Source: Anaerolineales bacterium (lineage in GTDB: Bacteria > Chloroflexota > Anaerolineae > Anaerolineales > DRMV01). From it: DNA of 39,214 nt. Below are positions 1-8,852 of the stretch, piece after piece; position 1 is the first letter of the stretch; every line of letters begins with the position of its first letter. The position numbers were made by a program, and so were the translations under genes. The notes beneath the pieces were generated by a model. It was not told the origin of the DNA. It searched no databases and saw only the letters and a list, made by a program, of their open reading frames with translations. The stretch is from contig JALSPT010000136.1 of assembly GCA_026985785.1 (NCBI GenBank), positions 1 through 39,214 on the forward strand. The letters are read 5' to 3'.

Positions 1-31
1 AGGCTTATCCTCCTCAATGGAAGGTAGAACG

Positions 32-397
32 ATGAACAGCGAACTGTTGCAGGCCGTTCAGGCCCCCAAAAACCCCAACGTCCCCGAACTGCGCCCTGGG
101 GACATTGTGAGCGTCCATCTGCGGATCAAAGAAGGCAATCGTGAGCGCGTACAGGAATTTCGCGGCACGGTCCTCCGCGTGCGCGGCGGCGGCAACGATG
201 CCACTTTCACCGTACGGCGCATTGCCAGCCACGGCATTGGTGTTGAGCGAACCTTCCTCGTGCGTTCGCCGCGCATCGAAAAAGTGGTCATCCAGCGTCA
301 TTCCAAAGTGCGTCGGGCGCGGCTGTACTACTTGCGCGAGCGCCGGGGCAAAAAAGCCCGCCTCAAGCAAAAATTCGTGCGCCGCGAAGGGAAATAA
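32..397 (+). CDS. rplS: 50S ribosomal protein L19
   Basis: ORF 17..397. The internal ATG at 32 is preceded by GGAAGG (19-24). The protein shows the typical L19 pattern: [57 protein letters not shown]. Confidence 0.95.
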   Translation: MNSELLQAVQAPKNPNVPELRPGDIVSVHLRIKEGNRERVQEFRGTVLRVRGGGNDATFTVRRIASHGIGVERTFLVRSPRIEKVVIQRHSKVRRARLYYLRERRGKKARLKQKFVRREGK

Positions 398-418
398 CCC
401 CCATATCGGCCTCTAAAA

Positions 419-452
419 GGTGCAGCCCTCCCGCGGGCGCTGCACCTTTTTT
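419..452 (+). terminator. Intrinsic terminator after rplS
   Basis: GGTGCAGC (419-426) pairs with GCTGCACC (439-446) and is followed directly by TTTTTT (447-452). Confidence 0.8.
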
Positions 453-481
453 GTTTGGCTCTTCTCCCTACCGAGGTGATG

Positions 482-1228
482 ATGTCTCCATCGCTTCCCC
501 TCATTGGCCTGAGCGGCACCGCCTGCGCTCACCCCACCTACCACATGCCGATGGCCGCTTTGGGTGAACGGTACATCCAGGCCATCCGCGCCGCCGGCGG
601 CATGCCGGTGATCATTCCACCCGATACACCGCCGGAGGCCGTCCCTGCTTTGATGAGCAGGCTGGATGGCTTGCTGCTCACCGGAGGAGGAGACATCGCC
701 CCCGAACACTATGGCGGCCATCCACACCCCACGGTGTACGGCATCCGCCCCGCGCGCGACGCTCTGGAAATCGCCCTCGTCACCCATGCGGTGCGTCGGC
801 GGGTGCCTTTGCTCGGCATCTGCCGCGGTATCCAGGTCCTCAACGTCGCCCTGGGGGGAACGCTGTACGAAGACCTTGCCGCTCAGTTCCCCCGTGCCCT
901 TCCTCATCGGCGCGACGCGATCACCGAGCGCCAGTTGCTGACGCACACCGTGCACTTGAAGGCCGATAGCCGCCTGGCGCGCCTGGTCGGCGCAACCGAC
1001 CTTTCGGTCAACAGCCTGCATCACCAAGGAATTCGTACGTTGGCTGCCGATCTCCGGGCAGTTGGTCATGCTCCCGACGGCTTGGTCGAAGCCGTGGAAC
1101 TGCCGCAGCATCCTTTCGCCATCGCGGTCCAATGGCATCCGGAATGGCTCTACGATGAAGACCCCTCCCAAGCAGCGCTGTTTGCAGGATTGGTGGCAGC
1201 AGCCCGGCAGGTGCTGGAGAAAAAATGA
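482..1228 (+). CDS. Class-I glutamine amidotransferase, peptidase C26 family (gamma-glutamyl-GABA hydrolase-like)
   Basis: Nucleophile elbow LLGICRGIQVLN and QWHPE motif. ATG at 479 or 482 lies after GAGG (473-476). Stop overlaps the murI start as ATGA. Confidence 0.85.
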   Translation: MSPSLPLIGLSGTACAHPTYHMPMAALGERYIQAIRAAGGMPVIIPPDTPPEAVPALMSRLDGLLLTGGGDIAPEHYGGHPHPTVYGIRPARDALEIALVTHAVRRRVPLLGICRGIQVLNVALGGTLYEDLAAQFPRALPHRRDAITERQLLTHTVHLKADSRLARLVGATDLSVNSLHHQGIRTLAADLRAVGHAPDGLVEAVELPQHPFAIAVQWHPEWLYDEDPSQAALFAGLVAAARQVLEKK

Positions 1229-2055
1229 AGGCTGAGGGACGTCCCATCGGCGTGTTTGATTCGGGGGTAGGGGGGCTGTCGGTGCTGCGCGCCCTGCGCT
1301 CCCGGTTGCCCCACGAACACTTCATCTACGTCGCCGACCAAGCCCACGTCCCTTACGGTGCCCGTCCGCTGGAAGAAGTGCGGGCGTTTGCCGTGGGAAT
1401 CGCCCGCTATTTGCTAACGCAGCGCGCTAAAGCCGTGGTGGTGGCTTGCAACACGGCTTCCGCCGCCGCGCTGCAGCACCTGCGCGCCATGTTCGCCGAT
1501 ACTCCCTTTGTGGGCATGGAGCCAGCCGTGAAGCCCGCCGCCGAAACCACCCGCAGCGGCGTGGTGGGGGTGCTGGCAACCCCTGCCACTTTCCAAGGAG
1601 CATTGTACGCCTCGGTGGTAGAGCGTTTTGCACGCGGCACGCGGCTGCTGGAATGCACCTGTGAGGGGTTGGTGCAAGAAATCGAAGCGGGGCGCACCAC
1701 GGGGCTACGCGCTCGCGCCATTCTCACCGCAGCCCTGCGTCCCATGTTAGCGAAAGGCATGGATACCGTCGTGCTCGGCTGCACCCACTACCCCTTTGCC
1801 ATTCCACTGATCGAGGAAATCGTCGGCGAAGGCGTGCGCGTGATCGACCCCGCGCCGGCCATTGCCCGCCAAACCGAGCGCGTCCTGGCTGCCCGAGATG
1901 CGCTGTGCCAAGAAGACACACCGGGGAAAGTAGCGTTTTATACCACAGGAGAACACCCCGAGCGCACTTCTGGGGTGATGTCCCGCCTGTTGGGGGAAAA
2001 GGTAACGGTCCACCGGCTGCATTGGGAAGGAAAGACGTTGAGGCCTTTGCCATAG
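1225..2055 (+). CDS. murI: Glutamate racemase
   Basis: Motifs IGVFDSGVGGLSVL, VVACNTASA and VLGCTHYP. Confidence 0.95.
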   Translation: MKAEGRPIGVFDSGVGGLSVLRALRSRLPHEHFIYVADQAHVPYGARPLEEVRAFAVGIARYLLTQRAKAVVVACNTASAAALQHLRAMFADTPFVGMEPAVKPAAETTRSGVVGVLATPATFQGALYASVVERFARGTRLLECTCEGLVQEIEAGRTTGLRARAILTAALRPMLAKGMDTVVLGCTHYPFAIPLIEEIVGEGVRVIDPAPAIARQTERVLAARDALCQEDTPGKVAFYTTGEHPERTSGVMSRLLGEKVTVHRLHWEGKTLRPLP

Positions 2056-2227
2056 GGCGTCCCTCGCCTCCCCACCACTTTTGCGGAGAAATTCATCGGA
2101 GACTTTTGAGTAGACATGGTGTTACGCACGTCACCCTTTTTGATTGCAAAAGCGTGGTAGACTTTAAGCGAGCCATTGGCTCGCGAATGGTTGTTTCTCA
2201 ACAACACCCTTAAGGAGGAAGTGAACG

Positions 2228-3688
2228 ATGAGAGCCAAAAAATTCCTTGCTGTGCTCGCCCTTCTGGCTTTTGTGTTGCCCGCCGTGCTGACGGCGTGCG
2301 CGAAGGCCACCCCCACGCCGACGGCGGCACCGGCTAAGACCGAAGCCCCGGCGGCTACCGAGGCGCCGGCTGCGACTGAGGCGCCTGCAGCCACCGAAGC
2401 GCCTACCGAGGCTGCTCCGGAAAGCCCTCTTGGTGTCAAACCCGAAGACCTGCAGGGCGTGACCATTACTTTCTGGCACGTTTGGAGCCGGGGCACTGGC
2501 GAGGAGCTCCAAAAACTGGTGGATGAGTTCAACGCCACCAACCAATGGGGCATCACCGTCAAAGCCATCAATCAGCAGGGCTACGGCCAGATGTTCGACA
2601 AAATGAACGCCGCCATCAACTCCGGTGATCTGCCCAACCTGGTCGTGGGCTACAACAACCAGATGCTGGCCTGGGACGACGCCGGTGGTGTGATTGCCGA
2701 CATGACGCCCTACGTCAACGACCCCGTCTATGGCCTTTCCAAGGAAGAACAAGCCGACTTCTACCCCGCGTTTTGGAACCAGGACGTCGTCAACGGCAAA
2801 CGCTATGGCTTCCCTGTGATGCGCTCCGCGCAGGTGATGTTCTACAACGTCACCTGGGCTAAGGAACTGGGCTTCGACAATCCCCCAAAGACCATCGACG
2901 AGTTCAAAGCACAGACCTGCGCGGCCGCTAAAGCCAACAACGAAGACGACGACCCCGACAACGACGGCACTGGCGGCTACATCATCAAACCCGGGGCTTC
3001 CGTCATCACCAACTGGATCTGGGCTTTTGGCGGCGACATCGTGGACGCCAGCGGCAAATACACTCTGGATACCCCACAGGCCCAGGAAGCCTTGACCTAC
3101 CTGAAAGACCTCTATGATAGCGGCTGCGCCTGGAGCGGCGTCAACAAATACCCCAATCCAGAATTTGCCACCCGCCAGGCACTCTTCACGACCAGCAGTA
3201 TCGCCGGCCTACCTTATCAGGCCAAAGCGATGAAGGCCAACAACAGCACCGACGAGTGGACGCTCATTCCCTTCCCCTCCAAGACCGGCAAGCCTGTAAT
3301 GGACGTCTACGGGCCTTCGTTTGCCATAGTAAAATCCACGCCCGAACAGCAACTGGCCTCCTGGCTGTTTATCAAATGGTTCACCTCGCCCGAGAATCAG
3401 GCCAAATGGGTGGAGGCCAGCGGCTACTTCCCTACCCGCAAAGCCACCTTCAAGTACCTGGCCGACTACATCAAAGCCCATCCGCAGTGGGCAGCAGTGC
3501 GTGAAATGGTAGAGAAAGGCTACGGCAAGTTCGAGCCGCGCGACGCTTCGTGGAACGCCGTTCGCAAGGCAATGGGCGATGCCTTTGCCCAGATTTTCCA
3601 GCCAGATTTCAGCAAAGACCAGATTCCGCAAGTGTTGCAAGACCTGCAAAAGCAGGCGGAAGAGGCCTACGCCGAGGCACACGAGTAA
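2228..3688 (+). CDS. ABC transporter substrate-binding lipoprotein (family 1, carbohydrate-type), orphan
   Basis: SD AAGGAGGA upstream. Lipoprotein signal ending LTAC. EAPAAT x3.5 low-complexity linker, then an extracellular solute-binding fold pattern (LVVGYNNQ, YGFPVMRS, W-rich). No permease or ATPase genes are adjacent. Confidence 0.85.
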   Translation: MRAKKFLAVLALLAFVLPAVLTACAKATPTPTAAPAKTEAPAATEAPAATEAPAATEAPTEAAPESPLGVKPEDLQGVTITFWHVWSRGTGEELQKLVDEFNATNQWGITVKAINQQGYGQMFDKMNAAINSGDLPNLVVGYNNQMLAWDDAGGVIADMTPYVNDPVYGLSKEEQADFYPAFWNQDVVNGKRYGFPVMRSAQVMFYNVTWAKELGFDNPPKTIDEFKAQTCAAAKANNEDDDPDNDGTGGYIIKPGASVITNWIWAFGGDIVDASGKYTLDTPQAQEALTYLKDLYDSGCAWSGVNKYPNPEFATRQALFTTSSIAGLPYQAKAMKANNSTDEWTLIPFPSKTGKPVMDVYGPSFAIVKSTPEQQLASWLFIKWFTSPENQAKWVEASGYFPTRKATFKYLADYIKAHPQWAAVREMVEKGYGKFEPRDASWNAVRKAMGDAFAQIFQPDFSKDQIPQVLQDLQKQAEEAYAEAHE

Positions 3689-3709
3689 ATCTTCGCCTGA
3701 CCCCTCATC

Positions 3710-3747
3710 AAAAAGCAGCCCCCGGTTTTCCGGGGGCTGTGCTTTTT
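3710..3747. terminator. Bidirectional intrinsic terminator between convergent SBP gene and uvrC
   Basis: AAAAA, then GCAGCCCCCGG, loop TTTT, then CCGGGGGCTGTGC, then TTTTT. An A-tract and a T-tract flank an 11-bp GC stem. Confidence 0.8.
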
Positions 3748-3756
3748 GCCGAGCGG

Positions 3757-5622
3757 TCATGCCGTCAACGCCTCTTTGATGACCTGCGCCAGCGCCTTGC
3801 TAATGCCCTTCACGGCGGCAAGCTCTTCCACGGAAGCCTGCCGGATGGCCGCCACCGAGCCGAAGCGCGCCAGCAGGGCGCGCTTGCGCTTTGGCCCCAC
3901 GCCGGGGATGGCATCCAGTGCCGAGGTCAACCCCTCGCGCACGCGGCGGCCACGGTTGGCGGTGATGGCAAAGCGGTGCGCCTCGTCGCGCACCCGCTGG
4001 AGCAGGAACAGCCCCGGATGGTTGCGCGGCAGGCGCAGCGGCTGCCGCTGGCCGGGGAGGTAAACTTCCTCCTCGCGCTTCGCCAGCCCGACGGCAAAAA
4101 TGCGCTCCCGCAGGCCGAAGCGGTCGAGCACCCGCAGCGCCCGCGCCAGTTGCCCCTTGCCGCCGTCGATGAGCAGCAGGTCGGGCAGGCGGGCGAAGGA
4201 AGGGTCGGGCGGCTTGCCGGGCTGCCCTTCGGCGGCCACTTTGCGGGCTGCCTCCCAGCGGCGGAAGCGGCGGGTGAGTACCTCTTCCATGCTGCCGAAG
4301 TCGTCGCCTGCCGCGGTGCGGATGTTGAAGCGCCGATAGTGCCCCTTGCGCGGCTGCCCCTGCTCGAACACCACCATGCTGCCCACCGCCGCGGTGCCGT
4401 GCAGGTGCGAGATGTCGTAGCCCTCGATGCGGTTGGGCGGGGCGCTCATCCCTAAGGCTTCCTGCAGCGCCGCCAGCGCCTCGGTGATTTGCCCGGCTTC
4501 GGCTTCCTTGCGGGCTTGCAGCGCGGCCAGGGTCTCGGCGGCGTTCTGGGCGGCCAGTTCCAGCAGCGCCTGCTGCTCGGCGTCGCGCGGCAGGCTGATT
4601 TCCACCGTGGCGTGGCGGCGGTCGTTCAGCCATTCCCGGATGAGTTGCGCCTCCTCCACCTCGTGGGGCAGCAGCACCCGCGGCGGCAGGTGCGCCGCCT
4701 GGCCGTAAAACTGCTTCAGGAAGGCCGCCAGCACCTGCGGGTCGGGGACGTCTTCGGTGTTTTCCAGCAAAAAATACTCCCGCCCGATGAGTTTGCCGTT
4801 GCGGATGAAGAACACCTCCACGCAGGCGTGGCGTTCGTCGCGTGCCAAGGCGAGCACATCCGAATCCAGCCCGCTTTGGGAAACCACCCGCTGGCGTTCC
4901 ACCAGTTGGTGGATGGCCTGAATCTGGTCGCGCAGGCGGGCGGCCTTTTCGAATTCCAGTTTCTCGGCGGCCTGGCGCATTTCGGCTTCCAGCCGCTGCA
5001 CCACCGGCTCGGTGCGCCCTTCGAGAAAATCGCACAGGTCGGCGATCATCTGGCGGTAGTCTTGCTGGGAAACCGCCCCCACACACGGCGCGGCGCACAG
5101 CCCCAAATCGGCGTACAGGCAGGCCCGCGGGTCGTGGCCGGTGATCGGGCGGTTGCAGGTCAAAAAGGGAAAGATCTTGCGCAACACATCCAGAGTTTGG
5201 TGCACCGCCCACATGCTGGTGTACGGACCGAAGTAGCGCGCCCCATCCTGCACCACCCGCCGGGTGACGGTCACCTTGGGGAAAGGGTCTTGCCAGTGGA
5301 CCTTGATGTAGGGATAGCGTTTGTCGTCTTTCAGGCGGACGTTGTAGCGCGGGCGGTGCTTTTTGATGAGGTTCATCTCCAAGATGAGCGCCTCGAGTTC
5401 GCTGCCCACGGTAATCCATTCGATATCGGCGATTTGCGCCACCAGTTTGCGGGTTTTGGGGTGCTTTTGGGCGCTTTTGTGGAAATAGGAACGCACCCGC
5501 CGCCGCAGGTTGACCGCCTTGCCGACGTAGATGACCTCCCCGGCGGCGTTTTTCATCAGGTAGCAGCCGGGCTTTTCGGGCAGGGTATCCAACGTGGGGC
5601 GGAGGTGGTCGGGGAGGGGCAT
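3757..5622 (-). CDS. uvrC: Excinuclease ABC subunit C
   Basis: N-terminal GIY-YIG (GCYLMKNAAGEVIYVGKAVNLRRRVRSYF), a UVR domain, and a C-terminal (HhH)2 (IPGVGPKRKRALLARFGS). No SD: CCCCCC precedes the ATG. Confidence 0.97.
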   Translation of the reverse strand: MPLPDHLRPTLDTLPEKPGCYLMKNAAGEVIYVGKAVNLRRRVRSYFHKSAQKHPKTRKLVAQIADIEWITVGSELEALILEMNLIKKHRPRYNVRLKDDKRYPYIKVHWQDPFPKVTVTRRVVQDGARYFGPYTSMWAVHQTLDVLRKIFPFLTCNRPITGHDPRACLYADLGLCAAPCVGAVSQQDYRQMIADLCDFLEGRTEPVVQRLEAEMRQAAEKLEFEKAARLRDQIQAIHQLVERQRVVSQSGLDSDVLALARDERHACVEVFFIRNGKLIGREYFLLENTEDVPDPQVLAAFLKQFYGQAAHLPPRVLLPHEVEEAQLIREWLNDRRHATVEISLPRDAEQQALLELAAQNAAETLAALQARKEAEAGQITEALAALQEALGMSAPPNRIEGYDISHLHGTAAVGSMVVFEQGQPRKGHYRRFNIRTAAGDDFGSMEEVLTRRFRRWEAARKVAAEGQPGKPPDPSFARLPDLLLIDGGKGQLARALRVLDRFGLRERIFAVGLAKREEEVYLPGQRQPLRLPRNHPGLFLLQRVRDEAHRFAITANRGRRVREGLTSALDAIPGVGPKRKRALLARFGSVAAIRQASVEELAAVKGISKALAQVIKEALTA

Positions 5623-5628
5623 GGGGGG

Positions 5629-5724
5629 AGTCGTTTAGTCGTTTAGTCGTTTAGTCGTTTGGTCGTTTAGTCGTTTAGTCGTTTGGTCGTTTGGTCGTTT
5701 GGTTGCCTGGTTGCGGGGTTGCCG
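5629..5724. repeat. 8-bp tandem array: 9 copies of RGTCGTTT plus 3 degenerate GGTTGCNN units
   Basis: Counted directly. Units start at 5629, 5637, ... 5693, then 5701, 5709, 5717. On the minus strand this reads (AAACGACY)n and ends 6 nt before the uvrC ATG. It fills almost the whole tsaC-uvrC spacer. Confidence 0.95.
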
Positions 5725-5731
5725 CCACTCC

Positions 5732-6364
5732 TCATTCGCCATTCGCCACACAGCGGGCAATATCCGCTGCGGCGATGGGCCCCGCGCGCAGGATGCGGGG
5801 CGAGGCGACGGTGCAATCCACCACGGTGGAGGGCTGGCCGCCGGGGGCGGGGCCGGCGTCAAGGATCACGGCCACAGCGTTCCCCAGTTGGGCGGCGGCC
5901 TCGGCGGCAGTGCGGGCGGGGGGCTGGCCGGAGCGGTTGGCCGAGGTCACAGCCAGGGGGCCGGTCAGACGCAGCAGCGCCAGCGCGAGGGGATGGGCGG
6001 GCATCCGCACACCCACGGTTGGGTAAGGGGAAAGGGCCGCGGGCAGATCGGGGTGTTTGGGCATCACGATGGTGAGCGCACCGGGCCAGAAACAGGCCGC
6101 CAGCCGATCCGCGCAAGGCGGCACTTCGGCGGCCACGGCAGCCAGTTGCGCGCGGTCACCCACCAGCAGGGGAATGGCCTTGCTTTCCGGGCGCGCTTTG
6201 GCGCGATAGAGGCGGGCGATGGCGTCCGCGCGGGGCAGCGCCGCCACGCCGTACACCGTGTCGGTCGGCATCACCACGAGCAGCCCGGCGCGTAGCGCCT
6301 CCGTGGCACGCACCAGCGCCCGCCGATCGGCAGCCGGGTAGATGAGGGGCGCTTTCTCCGGCAT
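5732..6364 (-). CDS. tsaC: L-threonylcarbamoyladenylate synthase, YrdC/TsaC type (Sua5/YciO/YrdC/YwlC domain only)
   Basis: 210 aa. Contains VMPTDTVYGVAA and AKARPESKAIPLLV, and TSANRSGQPP. Confidence 0.8.
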   Translation of the reverse strand: MPEKAPLIYPAADRRALVRATEALRAGLLVVMPTDTVYGVAALPRADAIARLYRAKARPESKAIPLLVGDRAQLAAVAAEVPPCADRLAACFWPGALTIVMPKHPDLPAALSPYPTVGVRMPAHPLALALLRLTGPLAVTSANRSGQPPARTAAEAAAQLGNAVAVILDAGPAPGGQPSTVVDCTVASPRILRAGPIAAADIARCVANGE

Positions 6365-6373
6365 ATTGGCCCC

Positions 6374-7666
6374 TCAATGGGCATGGACGTGGTCGCCGCC
6401 GCGGTCGGGTGGCCCCAGATAGCGCGCCCATTTCCCCAACCGCTGGTGGTAGCGCGCCAACCAGACGGCCAGCAAATTGGTCAGTGGCACCGCAGCAATC
6501 AACCCCAACGAACCCACCATCATGCTAATGATTTCCTGCGCCACGAATTCGTAATTGAGCACCTGCAGGGGGTGTTCATTGGTGACGTAAAACAGCAGCA
6601 GCATCGGCAGCGCGCCGCCGGTGTAGGCCAGTACCAGGGTGTTGACCGTGGCGGCCACATGGTCGCGCCCGACCGTCATTGCCCGGCGGTAAAGGGCGCG
6701 AAACGACAGCCCGGGATCGGTGGCGAACAGTTGGAACACCACCGACGATTGCGTAATGGCCAGATCATCCAGCACCCCCAACGCCCCGACCAACATGCCG
6801 GCCAGCACCAGCCCCTGAATGTCGATGCGGACGGTGGAAAATTGAATCAGGTAGAGCGCATCTTCGCTGCCAAAGCCCGTCAGGCGGGTGAGATCCACGA
6901 AATAGCGCGCCAAAAAACCGGTGAGCACCAGCGCCGCCAAAATGCCGAGCACCGCGGCATGGGTTTTCAGCGTCCAGCCGTAGATGAGGTAGAGCGTGAT
7001 GCCCAGCAGTATCGCAGAGCCCAACACCGTCACCGCAACCGGATCGCGCCCGTGGAGGATTTGAGGCAGGATGAAGCCGAAGATGACGGCAAAACTGAAG
7101 GCCATCCCCAGCAACCCCCGGGCGCCTTTCCAGCCCCCCACCGCTATGCTGAAAAAGGCAAACACCGCGAAGAGCACCAGCATGGGCTTCAGCCGGACGA
7201 AATCCATGAAATACACCACCAGCCCCCCATCTGGGCGCTGGAGGACGTTGACCAGAATTTCATCGCCCACTTCGAGCCGCATTTTGCTGGGCAAGGTTTG
7301 CCGTTTGCCGAAGTCCATGACCACTTCGGTGCCTGCCAGCGGCCCCTCCAGCAAGCGGATGCGCGCCTTCTGGTAGATTTGTGGATGGTCGCCCAGGGTG
7401 ATGGGGCGGCTTTCCAGAATGGCCAGCACTTTGGCTTTGACGATGCGCCCTTGCATGTCGGCGGCGGAAGGCGCGCCAGGGGCAGGGGAAGCAACGGCTG
7501 CTGGCGTAGATGAGGGCATGGGCGCGACCGCAGGCGAGGCCGAAGGGCGGCGGAAGAGTAGAATCAAGACGAGGATTTCCGCAGCCACCAGGGCAGCAGC
7601 GACCAATAGCCAGCGCCACCAGGGCCACGGGCGTTTATCGCCGGACAGGTGCGGTTGGGTGTGCAT
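6374..7666 (-). CDS. YibE/F family membrane protein
   Basis: N-terminal TM helix and a soluble domain, then multiple TM helices with GVLDDLAITQSS, typical of YibE/F. Confidence 0.7.
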   Translation of the reverse strand: MHTQPHLSGDKRPWPWWRWLLVAAALVAAEILVLILLFRRPSASPAVAPMPSSTPAAVASPAPGAPSAADMQGRIVKAKVLAILESRPITLGDHPQIYQKARIRLLEGPLAGTEVVMDFGKRQTLPSKMRLEVGDEILVNVLQRPDGGLVVYFMDFVRLKPMLVLFAVFAFFSIAVGGWKGARGLLGMAFSFAVIFGFILPQILHGRDPVAVTVLGSAILLGITLYLIYGWTLKTHAAVLGILAALVLTGFLARYFVDLTRLTGFGSEDALYLIQFSTVRIDIQGLVLAGMLVGALGVLDDLAITQSSVVFQLFATDPGLSFRALYRRAMTVGRDHVAATVNTLVLAYTGGALPMLLLFYVTNEHPLQVLNYEFVAQEIISMMVGSLGLIAAVPLTNLLAVWLARYHQRLGKWARYLGPPDRGGDHVHAH

Positions 7667-7681
7667 TGCCTCTGCCTCAGG

Positions 7682-8404
7682 TTATCGGCCCAACGCCAGG
7701 CGCAGGATGTTGCGCTCCGGCAGGCCATATTGCCGCATACGCGCTTGCACGGCGGAAACATCGTAGGCCACGCGTCGCCATTCCCAGGTGTGGGCGACGG
7801 TGTCGTAGAAGGCGTAGGCGGCACGCGGATTGCCGTCGCGCGGCTGCCCCACCGAGCCGGGGTTGAGGATGGCGCGCGGGGTCAACGTCCACACTTCCCC
7901 ACCGCGCGGCGCTCGGTCGGAGACCACGCCATCCTCCTCTTGCCACCAGGCTGGATGGTGGGTGTGCCCCACAAAGCAGAAATCGGTGGGGAGGACGGCA
8001 AAGGCATCGGCTGCCTCTTCGCTGGTGAGCAGATACTCGGTGATGGGGGCGCGTGGGCTGCCGTGAAGCAGGGTGACGTCGTCGTGCTGGCGAATTTCTG
8101 GGAGTTGGGAAAGGAACGCCAGGTTCTCCGGCGAGAGTTGCTCGCGCGTCCATTGGACACCGCGCCGTGCGGCGCGATTGAACCATCCCAACGGCATCGC
8201 GCCAATCACCGCCGCATCGTGGTTGCCTAATACCGCGGTCAGATTGGGCAGGGTGCGTATCCGCTCGACGCACTCGTTGGGGTCAGGGCCGTAACCTACC
8301 AGGTCGCCGAGGAACCAGTAAGCCTCTACCGCACCGGCATCTTGCAGCACGGCTTCCAGGGCGGCGAGGTTGGCATGAATATCAGAGAAAACCAGAACAC
8401 GCAT
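7682..8404 (-). CDS. Metallophosphoesterase family protein
   Basis: Internal ATG at 8404 (MRVLVFSDIHAN). Motifs DIHAN, GDLVGYGP, GNHD, GHTH. The 83-codon R/G-rich upstream extension of the ORF is rejected. Confidence 0.8.
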   Translation of the reverse strand: MRVLVFSDIHANLAALEAVLQDAGAVEAYWFLGDLVGYGPDPNECVERIRTLPNLTAVLGNHDAAVIGAMPLGWFNRAARRGVQWTREQLSPENLAFLSQLPEIRQHDDVTLLHGSPRAPITEYLLTSEEAADAFAVLPTDFCFVGHTHHPAWWQEEDGVVSDRAPRGGEVWTLTPRAILNPGSVGQPRDGNPRAAYAFYDTVAHTWEWRRVAYDVSAVQARMRQYGLPERNILRLALGR

Positions 8405-8409
8405 GGCAT

Positions 8410-8817
8410 TTACTCCTCGCGCGGCAGGTCGTCGGGTTGGAAAGCCGCGGGAAGCAGATCGGCCAGCGTGGTTTCCAAGACCACCCGCCCGGCGCGATCG
8501 GCGACGACCACTTCCAGGTCGAGGCCAAATTCGGCCAGCACCTGGCGGCAGGCGCCACACGGCGCGCCGCCGTTTTCGGTAACCACTGCAATCGCGGCGA
8601 AGGAGCGTTCGCCTTCCGAAACCGCTTTGAACACGGCCACCCGCTCGGCGCACATGCCGGAGGGGAAAGCGGCGTTTTCTACGTTGACGCCGGTGTACAC
8701 TTTACCCGTTCGGGTGAGCAAGGCCGCGCCTACGGAGTAGTGCGAATACGGGGCATACGCATGGGCACGGGCCGCGGTGGCCGCAGCGATCAATCGTTGG
8801 CGTGTTTGGGTATCCAT
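8410..8817 (-). CDS. cdd: Cytidine deaminase
   Basis: ATG at 8817. Zinc motifs CAERVA and PCGACRQ. 135 aa. Confidence 0.9.
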   Translation of the reverse strand: MDTQTRQRLIAAATAARAHAYAPYSHYSVGAALLTRTGKVYTGVNVENAAFPSGMCAERVAVFKAVSEGERSFAAIAVVTENGGAPCGACRQVLAEFGLDLEVVVADRAGRVVLETTLADLLPAAFQPDDLPREE

Positions 8818-8852
8818 GAAGCCCTTCCTGAGAAGAACGACCGGGGGCGGCT

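Noticed and set aside
2338-2410. EAPAAT x3.5 repeat near the 5' end of the SBP gene as a possible variable-number tandem repeat.
   Set aside because: The repeat is imperfect at the nucleotide level (synonymous differences). It is a typical low-complexity tether following a lipoprotein Cys, with no evidence of instability from a single sequence.
3800-5646. Long ORFs overlapping uvrC: 3800..5419 minus strand (539 aa, alternate frame) and 4489..5646 plus strand (385 aa, antisense).
   Set aside because: Their R/G/P/A-dominated composition has no recognisable motifs. They are fully nested in a gene with unambiguous UvrC motifs. Such stop-free shadow frames are expected at this GC content.
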